Assembly: GCA_963798085.1 (NCBI GenBank)
Contig: CAWCRS010000005.1
Coordinates: 672,001 to 736,000, forward strand
Length of the DNA: 64,000 bases
Reading direction: 5' to 3'
DNA from: an uncultured Gemmatimonadales bacterium
GTDB taxonomy: Bacteria; Gemmatimonadota; Gemmatimonadetes; Longimicrobiales; RSA9
The translations under genes were made by a program, and so were the position numbers. Shown here in pieces: positions 12,395 through 23,483 of this stretch (position 1 is its first letter; each line of letters begins with the position of its first letter). The notes under the pieces were generated by a model that was not told the origin of the DNA, made no database searches, and worked only from the letters and a program-made list of their open reading frames with translations.

Positions 12395-12768
12395 GAGCCA
12401 GCCGCAAGGCCGAGGCAGTCGGTGCGCCGCTTGCTGCACCGGCCGACGCGTGTCTGCTTCGGCCTGTCCGGTTGCGACGCCCGGACGACTTCGTGCTGCC
12501 AGTTGATAAGGACGCCGGGGTAGACGGGGTATGCGATCAGCCCCCCGCAGGGCATGCCTTCCCACCGCCTGCGTCCGATGAGAGACGTTTCGAACTGCGC
12601 GAACCGCGCCGCGATTCGCTGGTGGGATCGGACGGCGCCACGTGCAGTGCGGCGCGCGGGGGATTGCTCACGCCGGTTCGCGGTTTCGTCACTGCCTGCT
12701 GACGGCAATGGCGGGGCCGCGTCAGATTCGGGCGTCTGCCGTCGCGTTCCCGTGACCGGGGTTGGAAA

Positions 12769-13629
12769 ATGCGCTCGTCCGCTCTGTTGTGCGTCGCCCT
12801 CCTGTATCCCGGATCGCAGGATACGCGAGGGACCGTCGAGGTGTGTGCCGCCAATCTGCGGGATAACACGGTGTCATGTTACGACGCCGCCACCGGCCAG
12901 CCCGCCGCGCTGGCGGTGGCCGCGGGCGCGGGCGGACTGCGTGCGCCTACGGGTCTGACCTTCGGGCCGGACGGCAACCTGTACGTTTCCAGCAGCGGCA
13001 CCAACCAGGTGTTGCGATTCGACGGGCAGACCGGTGCGTTCCTGGATGTGTTCGTCAGCGACAGCGCACTGGTCCAGCCCTTCAGCGTCATCTTCGGACC
13101 CGATGGGAACCTGTACGTCAGCTCGGGCGCGCGCGGTGTGGTGCTGCGTTTCGATGGCCGGACCGGCAGGCTGCTGAACGTGGCCGCACGGACGGACTCG
13201 CTGAAGACCCCCATCGGTCTGGAGTTCGACCGCGATGGCCGTCTCTACGTGGCCAATGCGGGTGGCAACAACGTGTCCCGTTTCAATGCGCGCACGGGTC
13301 AGCGCATCGATGTCTTCGCGGTGGACGGCCTGCGCTTTCCTTCGGATGTGGCCATTGATGGTGCCGGCGACATCTATGTGTCCAGCGCTTTCGCCGGTCG
13401 CATCCTGCGCTACGACGGGGTCAGCGGTGCGCTGCGTGGCGTGGTCGGCACGTTGCCTGACATGGGCGTACCGGTGGGCATCCGGTTCCTGCCGGATGGC
13501 GACCTGGTGGTGGCGGACTTCGCGAAGAGCCGGCTCTATCGTCTACCACGCGCCGGCGGTGATCCCGTGCTGCTGACGGATCAGCGGCTGGCCGGGCCCG
13601 AAAATCTGGCCGTCAGAGTGAGGCAGTAG
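12769..13629 (+). CDS. NHL/Vgb-like beta-propeller protein, probably secreted
   Basis: Repeated P.GL.FGPDGNLYVSS..V.RFDG.TG blades. Confidence 0.85.
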   Translation: MRSSALLCVALLYPGSQDTRGTVEVCAANLRDNTVSCYDAATGQPAALAVAAGAGGLRAPTGLTFGPDGNLYVSSSGTNQVLRFDGQTGAFLDVFVSDSALVQPFSVIFGPDGNLYVSSGARGVVLRFDGRTGRLLNVAARTDSLKTPIGLEFDRDGRLYVANAGGNNVSRFNARTGQRIDVFAVDGLRFPSDVAIDGAGDIYVSSAFAGRILRYDGVSGALRGVVGTLPDMGVPVGIRFLPDGDLVVADFAKSRLYRLPRAGGDPVLLTDQRLAGPENLAVRVRQ

Positions 13630-14119
13630 CGGCCGGAGTGGTGCCGGCGATCGTCGCTGCGCGCGCTTGCGCTCCGGCGCTCACACCATACATCGCCACC
13701 CGCCAGCCGCTGGCTGTCAGCACCAGTATGACCGATTCGCGCGAGTGCGGCGCCGTCTTCGACTGGAACGTCATGCGCGCGTAGTGGCCATCGGGCGCAC
13801 CCTCCGGTGTGAATGCAGGCTCCCAGCTGACCACCTCGCGATCGCTCGACACCGGATAACGCGACCTTGCCTGGCCGGCGAACTGCTTCCAGTGATCTGC
13901 GGAGCCCACGATCTGCCGGAAGAGCGGAGCGGCACTGTCGATGCTGGCGCCAAACTCGCCGTTATCCACGAGCCGCAGCCACACGGTAGCGGCGCGGTAC
14001 GCGGCCGCGGAATCAGCCGCCTGCGCCGCGGCGGGCGAGCTGACGGCGGCCGTGACCAGCGTGGCCACCAGCAGGGCAGGAACTGCGCGTGCGCTTCTCA
14101 TAGTGACCTTTCGAATCAT
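13613..14119 (-). CDS. DUF4019-like secreted protein
   Basis: Signal peptide; AATVWLRLVDNG..GAPDGHY..ESV..GWRVAMY. Confidence 0.7.
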   Translation of the reverse strand: MIRKVTMRSARAVPALLVATLVTAAVSSPAAAQAADSAAAYRAATVWLRLVDNGEFGASIDSAAPLFRQIVGSADHWKQFAGQARSRYPVSSDREVVSWEPAFTPEGAPDGHYARMTFQSKTAPHSRESVILVLTASGWRVAMYGVSAGAQARAATIAGTTPAATASL

Positions 14120-14225
14120 GGACGATGCCGGCGCAGCGCCGGCTCGCCTGCACTACGCGCAGGTCGTGCTCGAGAATCAATGCTGCCGCGCATCCGCACA
14201 GGCATTGTGGCGAATGGCGTCTGCT

Positions 14226-15155
14226 TCAGGGCTGGCGTACGCAGCGGTACGCGTGGTACAGCGGCTGGCGCTGTTTCGAGCGCACGAACACGCCTCCCGC
14301 GTAGGTGATGATGAAAGCCTGAGTGGGAGTCGCTTCGGTCGCGGTCCACCAGTAGATGACCGGCGAGTGCGGATCCCAGAGCGGCGATTCCTTGTCGGGT
14401 CGGGTCGCGTAGCGCGCGTGCCGTCGCACTGCGTCCCATTCGCCACCTGCGTTCCGTCCGTGCCTCGCCATCGAGCGCACAGCCTGCTCCACGGTGGGCA
14501 GCTGCCAGTCACCCAGCGCCGTCGAGTCCAGTGCCGTACCGTCCTGGGTGAGGTGCGCACAGCGCGTTTTCGCTTCCTCCCAGCTCAGGCCGCCTGCCTG
14601 CGGCCAACCCGGCCCGACGGGTGCCCAGAGCAGTCGCACACCGTTGCCCTCGACGAGACGCGGCCCGCGGTCGCCATCATCAACGCGCCCTGCCACCCGC
14701 CACGCGGGCTCTGCGCCGGCCGCGAGCAGTACGAGGGTGGGCAGTAGCAGCACCAGCAGCAGCGCGAGCCGTCGTGGCGCGGGCCGACCGAACCAGTAGA
14801 GCAGGCCGAGCCCTATGAGCGGCACACCCACGAACTGCACACCCGCGCCCCGGCGGAAGAACCAGATCGCGAAGACACCGGCAGCCGCGTGCAGCACGCC
14901 TCCCACGCGCGGCCAGCGGATCGCGGCCGCGCCAACGCCCATGAACGCGGCCAGCGGGACGAGATACTGCAGGAAGAGCATGCCCAGGTTGCGGGCCAGG
15001 GAAACGTCGTACCAGCCTTCGTGGAAATTCTCGATGATGCCCCAGAAAGCCCACAGGCAGGCGAGACAGGTGGAAATCCCGACCGCGATCCAGCCTGCCC
15101 AGCGCGCACGCCTCCCATTCGCCGAGCTGGACGGGAGCGTGATCTGCGAACTCAT
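14226..15155 (-). CDS. Membrane protein with C-terminal DUF1566 (Lcl-like) domain
   Basis: ~5 TM, then LSWEEAKTRC..DWQLPTVEQ..YWWTAT..YRCVR. Confidence 0.75.
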   Translation of the reverse strand: MSSQITLPSSSANGRRARWAGWIAVGISTCLACLWAFWGIIENFHEGWYDVSLARNLGMLFLQYLVPLAAFMGVGAAAIRWPRVGGVLHAAAGVFAIWFFRRGAGVQFVGVPLIGLGLLYWFGRPAPRRLALLLVLLLPTLVLLAAGAEPAWRVAGRVDDGDRGPRLVEGNGVRLLWAPVGPGWPQAGGLSWEEAKTRCAHLTQDGTALDSTALGDWQLPTVEQAVRSMARHGRNAGGEWDAVRRHARYATRPDKESPLWDPHSPVIYWWTATEATPTQAFIITYAGGVFVRSKQRQPLYHAYRCVRQP

Positions 15156-15435
15156 GGTTAGCGGGTGCCTTGCTGGTCAGCGCGCGTGACGCTTCTCACC
15201 GGGATCCAACTGCGCAGGTCGCTCTCCCTGATCACGAGTTCCTCTTGACATTGCCGCAGACGACGAGTGCATCCGGCTGCGCCCGCGGACAGGGCTGCCG
15301 GTTCTGGCTGGCAAGCGGAGCTGCCGCCGCCACTGTGAACGCTGCTGCAACCAGCTGCGTCCTCCGCTGTTCATCGCCGATCAGCATCCCAGGATACATG
15401 TACCCTGCGGGCCTCGCCGCCCGTGCCGATTCCCG

Positions 15436-16734
15436 TCAGCTGGAAGAAAAGGGTCCGCTCACACTGAGTACCCGGTCGCTTTCATCATCGCTCGTCAGCA
15501 CGATCACCCAGTAGCGCGCGCCGCCGGGCTCGACGCGTACCACGATATGGCCGGGCGGTCCTGCCACGCGGGAGGCGCGTGCGCCGATCACGGTGCGCGC
15601 CGCGGGCCGCATGTCCGTGACGAACACGCGCCGGTCCGCCGGCGGCAGGCGGCTGTTCATGATGCGCTTGAGCACGTCGGGCGCGGGATGACTGGGCGCC
15701 CAACTCGGTATTATCAGGACCGTGGATGCCAGCGCGGCCAGCATGGGCTCGGACTCCTCTCCCATCGAGCCGTGCTGGTCGACGACGTGTACGCTCACGC
15801 GTCCCACCGCCTGCGCCAGCGCGGTCTCCACCGCGTGCCATGCGGGGAAGCCGGGATCCGGTGTGCCCGGCAGGTCGCCGCCCGTGAAGTAGCGGAACGC
15901 ACCGTAGCGCACGCGCAGGCCGAGGCTGCACATGTTCTCGTTCGGCCAGTCCGCGGTGGCCAGCGCATTCAGCGGCGGAAACAGCGGGCGCGTCGCCTCG
16001 CCGCTGCCCGTCCACACTTCGCCGTTCCCGATGATGTTGCGCACCTCGAAATCCCCGTACCGCTCTGGATCGTGCCGCAGCCGGATCTGCGTGCCCGATC
16101 CCGGACGGAAGCGCTCGACCTGCATGCCACGCCGCTGTTGCGCGGCAATGAAGCGGCGGTAGTTCGCCGTGGTGGAGTCGGTGAGCGGCGCGGGATAGTC
16201 GTAGCCGGGCCAGCCGCGATCGATGAGCGTGCCGATGCGCAGCGCGTCTCCCACCTGCGTGATGCCCGTGAGCCGGTAGCTGTGGCTGCTGTCCCAGGGC
16301 GATGCCGGCAGCAGCTGGCCGAAATGGTCGGCGTGGAAATGCGTGATCAGCGCGTAATCCAGACCTGCGCCGGCGGCCGGCAGGTGGCGCTGCACGTAGC
16401 GCGCGATCCATTCGCCGGGCGCGCGTGAGCCATCGGGGTGCGGCTCCGTCTCGGGAATGCCATCCCCGGCCGCGCCCGCATCCACGAGCAGCGTGGTGCC
16501 ATCGGGCAGAATGAACAGCGCGGCATTGCCGCGGCCGGTTGCGATCTGGTGGATGTCGAGCATCCCCGGCGTCCATGGCGGCAGTGCGGCACCGACGGTC
16601 GCGGGTGCCTGCGCCGCCCCGGAACCCGCGGCCAGGGCGAGGCTGATGCAGGCCGCGCGGAAGCGGCGGCTGCGCGCAGGCGGATGGAACCGGAAGCGTC
16701 GCCTGAAATACGTTGTTAGAAGCCCGCAGCGCAT
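15436..16734 (-). CDS. Secreted MBL-fold metallo-hydrolase (ComEC/Rec2-like)
   Basis: LLVDAG, THFHADHFG, NENMCSL, FTGGDL; start uncertain. Confidence 0.8.
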   Translation of the reverse strand: MRCGLLTTYFRRRFRFHPPARSRRFRAACISLALAAGSGAAQAPATVGAALPPWTPGMLDIHQIATGRGNAALFILPDGTTLLVDAGAAGDGIPETEPHPDGSRAPGEWIARYVQRHLPAAGAGLDYALITHFHADHFGQLLPASPWDSSHSYRLTGITQVGDALRIGTLIDRGWPGYDYPAPLTDSTTANYRRFIAAQQRRGMQVERFRPGSGTQIRLRHDPERYGDFEVRNIIGNGEVWTGSGEATRPLFPPLNALATADWPNENMCSLGLRVRYGAFRYFTGGDLPGTPDPGFPAWHAVETALAQAVGRVSVHVVDQHGSMGEESEPMLAALASTVLIIPSWAPSHPAPDVLKRIMNSRLPPADRRVFVTDMRPAARTVIGARASRVAGPPGHIVVRVEPGGARYWVIVLTSDDESDRVLSVSGPFSSS

Positions 16735-16768
16735 GCGCAGCCGGGCTGCCTGATCCTCGACCGCGTCA

Positions 16769-17416
16769 TCAGCGCGTGGCGTGCAGCCGGTCGTAGTACG
16801 CCTGTATGCGCCGCACATAGGTCAGTGTTTCCTGGTAGCGCCAGCGCGGCACTTTGGGGGCAACGATTTCGATGCTGGGCCAGCGTGCGTGATCCAGCTT
16901 CTCGCGCTCGGCCGTCTCCGCCGCGCGCGTGATCGTGCCCTGGCCGGCATTGTAGCTGCCGAACATGAAGGAGCTGCGCTCGCCTTCCGCCACGTCCCGC
17001 GACCACACCCGCCACAGGTGGCGATCCTGCAGGATGCCGGCCGCAATGTTCCATTCGGGATCATCGATCGAGCCGAATTCCGGGCGCTGCGACTGGATCT
17101 CCTGGTACGTGCTGGGCATGAGCTGCATGAGTCCGCGCGCGCCCACACTGCTCTCGGCGTCCGGCTGCAGGCTGCTCTCCGCCATGGCCTGCGCCTTGAA
17201 CAGCCGCCAGTCCCAGCCCGGCCCGAAGTAGCGCTTCGAGTATTTCCGGAAAGTCGGGTCGAACTCGTCGGCGCTGCGGGCACTGGCGCGCGCCACGGCC
17301 GCGCGCTCGAGCGCATCGCCCACCTGCTGCAGCGTTGACTTCTGCGGTGTTGCGGCCGTGTGCGCCTGCGTCGCGCCCAGGATGATCAGCAGAGCCGCGA
17401 ACACCCGGATCTTCAT
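16769..17416 (-). CDS. Lytic transglycosylase, SLT domain
   Basis: AES (catalytic Glu), GARGLMQLMP, SYNAGQG, ETLTYV. Confidence 0.9.
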   Translation of the reverse strand: MKIRVFAALLIILGATQAHTAATPQKSTLQQVGDALERAAVARASARSADEFDPTFRKYSKRYFGPGWDWRLFKAQAMAESSLQPDAESSVGARGLMQLMPSTYQEIQSQRPEFGSIDDPEWNIAAGILQDRHLWRVWSRDVAEGERSSFMFGSYNAGQGTITRAAETAEREKLDHARWPSIEIVAPKVPRWRYQETLTYVRRIQAYYDRLHATR

Positions 17417-17426
17417 GGTCGCCCTC

Positions 17427-17630
17427 TCAGCTGAGTGCATTGCCGATGATGATGGCAATGGCGAGGAACAGGGCGGCAATGAAGATGGCGACGGCGATAT
17501 TGCCGCGCTTCAGTTCCTCGGGGAAATCGACGTGGGGCGTGAGCCGGTCGATGACGCGGTACGTCCCATACATGAGCACGACACCGAGAACCGCATAAAC
17601 GAAATTGAGCACCATGATCGAGAGCTGCAC
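17427..17630 (-). CDS. DUF350-like small membrane protein
   Basis: DRLTPHVDFPEELKRGNIAVAI; 2 TM; GGAGG RBS. Confidence 0.8.
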   Translation of the reverse strand: MQLSIMVLNFVYAVLGVVLMYGTYRVIDRLTPHVDFPEELKRGNIAVAIFIAALFLAIAIIIGNALS

Positions 17631-17840
17631 CGCACCCTCCCAGGCTCGTCCGTCGGCAGAAGCTCGCGCTGTCCATGGGTCACCAGTTCACGGCGGGCCG
17701 GGCCGCCGCTGCTGCTTTCGCAATGGTAGGCACACCGCCGCCGTCTGACAACAGTCGGCTGGACGGCCCGGCTGCGCCGTGCGCGGGGAGAAGCGGGCTG
17801 CGGCTGGAACATCGCGAGCTGCGCCGCCAGGGCGAAGCGC

Positions 17841-19070
17841 TCAGGTGGCGGAACGGCGCAGGGCGTAGCGACGCACGTGGTCCACGCCCAGCGCGTCGCG
17901 CCAGGCGCCGAGCACGAAATCGTGTCCGATCTGCTGCGCACTGAAGCGGCCGGGCATGCGCAGCGCGCCCAGCGCGGCGCCGGTCGCGTCGAACACGGCC
18001 CATGTGGCTGGCTCCACCGTATGCGCGCGGAACGCCTCCGCCCATACATTGCCATCCGCATCAACCAGCAAACGCTGGAACACGGGCATGGCATCAGGCA
18101 GCGGCATCTTCGCGTAGAGGCGTCGCAGTTCCGCCACCGTGGCGGCGTCCTTCTCGCCGGCCACGCGCTCGTCGACGGCTTCGTCGAAATCCTGCTTCGT
18201 AACCCTGCGGCCGGGTTGCTGCACCCGCGTGATGCCGCGGAGCGCTCCCTTCGCGTCGTAGCGCTGCACTTCGGCGGTGCCGGTCGTCAGGTAGAAGCAG
18301 TCGCGGCCGGCGGTCAGACTGGTCGGGATGTCGAACGGCACTTCCGTGAACGACGGCTGGCCGTTGTGGTTGCCGGCAAACAACTGCTGGCTGGGGAATC
18401 GGCCCACTGTGTCGGTCGTACCCGCCGCCAGATCGCGGAGCAGCACAACCATGTCGTTAGCCATGACGCCTTCCGCCGGATTGAAGGCAAGCGCCGCGGT
18501 ATTGCTGGTGGCCAGCAGCCGCAGCCACGACACCTGGCCTGCGGCGCTGCCGAAGCGACCGTTGAACCTGACGCTGCGCGCGTAGTTGCCGTGGCTGTCG
18601 AGCACTGTGAAGCCGCCGCCGAAATCGCTGATCAGCAGCGAATCCAGCGCGGCCGACGGAACGAGCGAGGGGAAGCGATACTCGCCCGGACCGCTGCCCT
18701 GACGCCCTGTTTGGGAGAGCAGCGCGCCGGCCTTGTCGAAGAACCGTATCTGCTGCGTGCCCTGATCGACCACGACCAGCCGGCCGTCGGGAAGCATCGC
18801 CATGCCGCCCAGCCGGAACCACTGCCGCGTCGAGTCGCTCTCGCTGCCACCGATGTCGAGGTCGGGAATGGTATCCACACGCCAGCGGCTCGCGGCCCAC
18901 GCCGTCGCCCCGTCATTCTCGACAATGGCAATGCCCGCGCTGTCCCGGCGCACCGGGCCGGCGCCCTGGTGCCCCGCGTCCCGTGTGCAGCAGGGCAGCA
19001 ATGCCGACAGCAGCAACGCGGCCACCACGGCGCCGCGCAGCCGCAGCTCGATAATGCGCTGTTTCGTCAG
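17841..19070 (-). CDS. 6-bladed beta-propeller lipoprotein
   Basis: [43 protein letters not shown]; start uncertain (possibly CTG at 19070). Confidence 0.8.
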   Translation of the reverse strand: MTKQRIIELRLRGAVVAALLLSALLPCCTRDAGHQGAGPVRRDSAGIAIVENDGATAWAASRWRVDTIPDLDIGGSESDSTRQWFRLGGMAMLPDGRLVVVDQGTQQIRFFDKAGALLSQTGRQGSGPGEYRFPSLVPSAALDSLLISDFGGGFTVLDSHGNYARSVRFNGRFGSAAGQVSWLRLLATSNTAALAFNPAEGVMANDMVVLLRDLAAGTTDTVGRFPSQQLFAGNHNGQPSFTEVPFDIPTSLTAGRDCFYLTTGTAEVQRYDAKGALRGITRVQQPGRRVTKQDFDEAVDERVAGEKDAATVAELRRLYAKMPLPDAMPVFQRLLVDADGNVWAEAFRAHTVEPATWAVFDATGAALGALRMPGRFSAQQIGHDFVLGAWRDALGVDHVRRYALRRSAT

Positions 19071-20305
19071 CTCAGCTCCTCGAGCGTCTGCAGGGCATAG
19101 GCGACGTGCAGTGCCGTCCCCGTGGGCAGCGCGTCCTCGTCCATGAGGAAGCGCGGATGGTGCACGTAGTAGCTGGCGCCGATCTTCTCGTTGCGCATGC
19201 CCAGGCCCACGAAACAGCCGGGCACGTGCTGCAGGTAGTACGCGAAATCCTCGCCACCCATGATGGCCGGCGACTCGAGCACGCGCTCGCTGCCCAGCAT
19301 TTCGCCGCACACCGCCTGCGCCACGTTCCAGCAATGCGCATCGTTGACGGTGGGCGGATAGTCATGGCCCGGGAAATCGACCTCGACCTGGCAGCGGTTG
19401 GCCTGCCCAATGAGTGTGGCGATCTCGCGCACACGCGTCTGCAGTATCTTGAGGTCGGCGAGTGTCAGCGCGCGCAGCGTGCCGGTCAGCTCCACCGATT
19501 GCGGAATCACGTTGAAGGCTTCGCCGCCGTGCATGGTCGTGATGCTGACAACGCCCGAATTGAGCGGATCCAGCTCGCGCGCGATGAGGGTCTGCAGCTC
19601 GACGATCACCTTGGCCGCGGTCACGACGGGGTCGACCGTGAGGTGCGGTGTGGCCGCATGGCCACCGCGACCGGTCACGACGATGCGCAGCATGCCGGCG
19701 GCGGCCAGGAACGTGCCGGCCCGCCCGGCCACGTAGCCGGAGGGCACGAACGGCCACACGTGCAGACCGAACACGCGCTGCACGTGCGGATTCTCCAGCG
19801 CGCCTTCCTCACACATTCGATCGCCGCCCGCACCGCCTTCCTCCGCCGGCTGGAACAGCAGCTTCACCACACCCGGCAGCTCGGCTTCCCTCGACTTCAG
19901 CAGTCGCGCGGCGCCCAGCAGCATCGCCGTGTGACAGTCGTGCCCGCACGCGTGCATTTTGCCATCCACCTCGCTGCGGAACGGCACATCCGCCTCCTCG
20001 TGAATGGGCAGCGCATCCATGTCCGCGCGCAGCGCAATGCACGGCCCGGCACCGCTGCCAATGGTGGCGACGACGCCCGTCTCCGCTACCGGCGCGCGAT
20101 AGGAAATCCCCAGTCCATCGAGCGTCTCGCGCACCAAGCGACTGGTCTCGAACTCCTCGTACATCAGCTCCGGCCGCCGGTGCAGGCGACGCCGCAGGGC
20201 CACGATCCAGCCCTGTATGGCACGCGCCTCGCCCAGTATCGTGCGTGCGCTCACACCCGCCTGTTCGAGGGCAGCCGACCCCGTTGCTGCGGCATCCTGT
20301 GTCAC
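19067..20305 (-). CDS. M20D amidohydrolase
   Basis: [45 protein letters not shown] before the GTG at 20305. Confidence 0.9.
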   Translation of the reverse strand: MTQDAAATGSAALEQAGVSARTILGEARAIQGWIVALRRRLHRRPELMYEEFETSRLVRETLDGLGISYRAPVAETGVVATIGSGAGPCIALRADMDALPIHEEADVPFRSEVDGKMHACGHDCHTAMLLGAARLLKSREAELPGVVKLLFQPAEEGGAGGDRMCEEGALENPHVQRVFGLHVWPFVPSGYVAGRAGTFLAAAGMLRIVVTGRGGHAATPHLTVDPVVTAAKVIVELQTLIARELDPLNSGVVSITTMHGGEAFNVIPQSVELTGTLRALTLADLKILQTRVREIATLIGQANRCQVEVDFPGHDYPPTVNDAHCWNVAQAVCGEMLGSERVLESPAIMGGEDFAYYLQHVPGCFVGLGMRNEKIGASYYVHHPRFLMDEDALPTGTALHVAYALQTLEELS

Positions 20306-20446
20306 GGCTCCTCCGCCGTTGCAGTCGCGCATGTTTCGATCGCTGCGAGCCGCGCAGCCGACGATGCTCGTCCGTGCGCTCGCTCGGCCCAAGATAAGGC
20401 GGCGCTGCGGGCTGGCCAAACGGATAGCGATCCAACGCGGGGAAAT

Positions 20447-20659
20447 GCGTTGCTGGGGCTGGTTGCTCGGGAACGACGCGTGGCGTTGCTCGGGCTGGTT
20501 GGTCGGGAGCGGATACGGACGGAAACTGCGAGTGCGTTGCTCGGGCTGGTTACTTGGGAACGGCGAGTGTTGTTCGGGCTTATTGGGGTGCTCGTTGGTC
20601 GGGAACGGATTCAGACTGAAACGGCCGGGGCGTTGCTTCGGCTGGTGGCTCGGGGTCGG
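20447..20659. repeat. Degenerate array of five ~30-bp repeats
   Basis: Unit approx gcgttgctcgggctggttggtcgggaacgg at 20447, 20483, 20534, 20567, 20630. Confidence 0.75.
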
Positions 20660-20843
20660 GTGCGATCGGGTGCGAATGGAAACCGTGCGCGCGTTACCGG
20701 GCGCTGCGGTTGTTCGAGCGGGCGGTGTGCAACGAACCTGTGCGATCGCTCTGCTCATGGTGCGCAGGGGGTGGTCGTCGCCGGTTGGGTACGCGGCGAC
20801 GACCCTGCTGCTGTCGGTGTGTGCGCTTCTCGGGTCTGCGAAG

Positions 20844-23002
20844 TCAGCGCAGGTGGGGCACGGCGTCGGCGCGGGCGCGCAGTGAGTCCACGCGCGCGGC
20901 CATGCTGCGCAGGTCGCCGGCCAGCGTGACCAGGCGCTCGCGCACACTGTTCGCGCTGAGATTCTCGCTGCGGAATTCGTCGACCCATTCCTGCACGCCA
21001 TCAATGCGACTGACCATCTGCGCCTGTGCCGAGCGCGACGCGCTGAGCTGGCCCTGCAGCTCCGTGAGCTGCGTGTTCACCGCGCCCAGTGTCTGACGCA
21101 GGAGCAGCGCGGTTTCACTGACCGCACGCAGGTTGTCCTGCATGGCCTGATCCTGTGTCATCAGCGCATCCAGCCGCGTGTTCGTCTTGTGCGTGGCATC
21201 CAGCAGCTGGCGAATGGTCTGATCGTTGTTGCGAATGCGTTGTGCATGCTGTTCCAGCCTGCGCTCGTGATCGAATGTACGCGGACTGCCAGAGCTTGTT
21301 GACCTCGTTCTCGACGAAGCTGCGCACGTTGCCGATGCTGTCCTGCAGCAGTTCCTGGCGCGCGACTTGACTCTCGTCCAGCTTCGCGGTGGTGTTCCAG
21401 AGCAGGCGCAGGGAGCCGTCCGCATCGCGCAGGCTGTTGTGCGCTTCCGTCAGCTGATGCTCGAGCTGCCCGAATGCGGTGATTGACCCACCAGTAGCCG
21501 CCGCCCGCACCTGCCGCCATCAGCGCGAGCGTCGCGGCGTACAGCATCAGAATGCGATTGCGACGCTGCGCCGCCGCCGTTTCCGCAGCGCCGGTGGCTG
21601 CACCGGCGCGCGCATCCCTTCCCGACCTCGCCTCCTTCGGCCGCAGATCGAGCGGCACATTCGGACGCCTGGCCACGACGTCCCTGGCGGGCGGCTTGTC
21701 CGGCGCATCCGCCGCTTCGGTTGTGACCGGCAGGAATGGCAACGGCCTGGCGGGTGGCGAGTGTGGTCCCGGCAGCACAGCGGGGGTCGCCGATGGTGAG
21801 GCATCCGGCGCTGTCGCCCGGACGGGCGTTGTCCCGGATACCGATGCCGGCTCCACTGCCGGCTCGACGCCGGCAGCTGCGTCGGCGCCAGCAGGCGCCT
21901 TCTTTGTCGCGTCAACCGGCACGAACGGCGAGTTGATCGGCGGCACTGCGTGTGCCGCGCCGCGGAGGGCGCCGGAGCGGACGGCGCCGGGAGCTTGGGC
22001 GGCGCGAACCGCGCGTGGGCTGCAGGCGTCACCGTCGGTGCGGACGTCTGCGGTGCGTCCGGTACGCGCTTTTGCGGCGCCGCCTTCTGACTGGCGGGCG
22101 CTGCCTTCTCTGGCGCCACCGGGTGACCGCCCGCCGATTCGACAGGTCGGGATGCCGGTGGCATGAACGCTGTCGGATCGCGTGGAGCCGGGCGCCGGTG
22201 CGGCGCTGCGGCCTGCACGCGCGCGTCGGAACTGGATAGCGGCGCAGCCGGCACCGCGGCCGGTCCGGGCAGCCTCGCCGACGGACGTGGAGGTGGAGCC
22301 TGCACGGAAGACGACGATGGCTTCGTCGGCGGCGCAGCCTGCGCGGGAGATACCTGCTTCACCGGAAACGTAGTCTGCGCGCGAGTTGCCGGCTTCGCGG
22401 GAGACGCGGACTGTCCGGGAGATGCCTGCTGCGCGGGAGATACCTGTTTCGCGGGCGGCGTGGCCTGCGCCGGAGACACCGGATTCGTGGGAGGCGGCGC
22501 GGTCATGACGCCTGGTTGTGCAGCGGCAGCTGATGATCCGGACGCGACGGGCTGCGCGGGCCCACGCTGCGCGGCCCCGCCTGCCGCGGCAGCTGCAGCT
22601 GAGGTGCGGTGCGCGCCGGGTGGCGTCATCAATGGCTGCACTGCCGCCGTACGCGGAGGCGAGAGATGCAACGGAGCCTCTGGACGCGGGCGTCTGCGTC
22701 GGCAGAGAAGACGCGGGCGCGCCTGAAGACTGGGCAGCTGGCGGCTGCGCCTGAGCCGGGTCGGAACTCGTCGGGGGCGGTGCGGTCTCGGCGTTTTCGT
22801 TCGCCAGCTTTGCCTGCCTTGCCTGGATCGCCTGCATGGCGCGGCGGATCGGCTTGTCCTGCTCGTCCTGCCTGGCCTGCGCTTTCCGCTTTGCCTGCTC
22901 AGCGCGCTGCGCCTTCCGGCTCTGCCTGCCCTGGCGGAGCTTCTTTTCCGGGGCTTTGCGGACAGGCGGCGGCGGCTCTTCCAGAGGATGGTACATGGTC
23001 AC
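20844..23002 (-). CDS. Pro/Ala/Gln-rich single-pass membrane protein with C-terminal coiled coil (about 4 frameshifts)
   Basis: Stitched from ORFs 21161..23002, 21547..22671, 21115..21510 and 20844..21425; [24 protein letters not shown]. Confidence 0.6.
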
Positions 23003-23203
23003 ACGTCCGGCCGAAGGGAGAGTCTGGTCACCGGTTGGACCCTCTGCGGTATGTCTGATAGATGCGCCTGACCGGGGTCACGGTTGCATTGAAACGCCCG
23101 AGTGCCTGGCAGCGGGGTGCGATGCAGGCGCCCGATCCAAACCCTGCGTTGGCAGATTCTGGCCCGGCAATGTCACCGGCAAGGGGGGTGAGGCGAATGG
23201 CAC

Positions 23204-23483
23204 GGCGTCGGACCGTCTTGGCGTTCTTGGGTTTGGCCAAAACATCTATTGTCGGCCATAAAAATCGAGCCCACTGCAGGCTTCATCGGCCTGAACTGGC
23301 CTGGCTCGTCACAGAAAGCTCCCGGACCAGACCCGCAGTGCCATGTGTTTGCCCCAGTCGCGCCCGCAAACTGGTGTGCTTTCCACCCGGGGAAGCGTGT
23401 GGCCCCGGTCTCCGCGGGTCCGAAAGGGACATCACCATGAAAGAAGCGGCCACAACCCAAGAACGCCAAGACGGTCCGAGGCC
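23204..23483. repeat. Inverted-repeat-bounded element (MITE/REPIN-like), copy 1
   Basis: 26-bp perfect IR: tcggaccgtcttggcgttcttgggtt from 23208 and its reverse complement ending at 23479. Confidence 0.7.

Noticed and set aside
9234..12407. PadR-permease fusion (1057-aa ORF)
   Set aside because: PadR is in a different frame with its own stop at 11909; the permease starts at 11900
20447..20659. CRISPR array
   Set aside because: Repeats are degenerate, spacers are only about 3-21 bp and two resemble each other; no cas genes
19067..21004. 645-aa amidohydrolase with a long N-terminal extension
   Set aside because: A strong GGAGG+GTG at 20305 gives a normal 412-aa M20 enzyme; the extension overlaps the upstream gene
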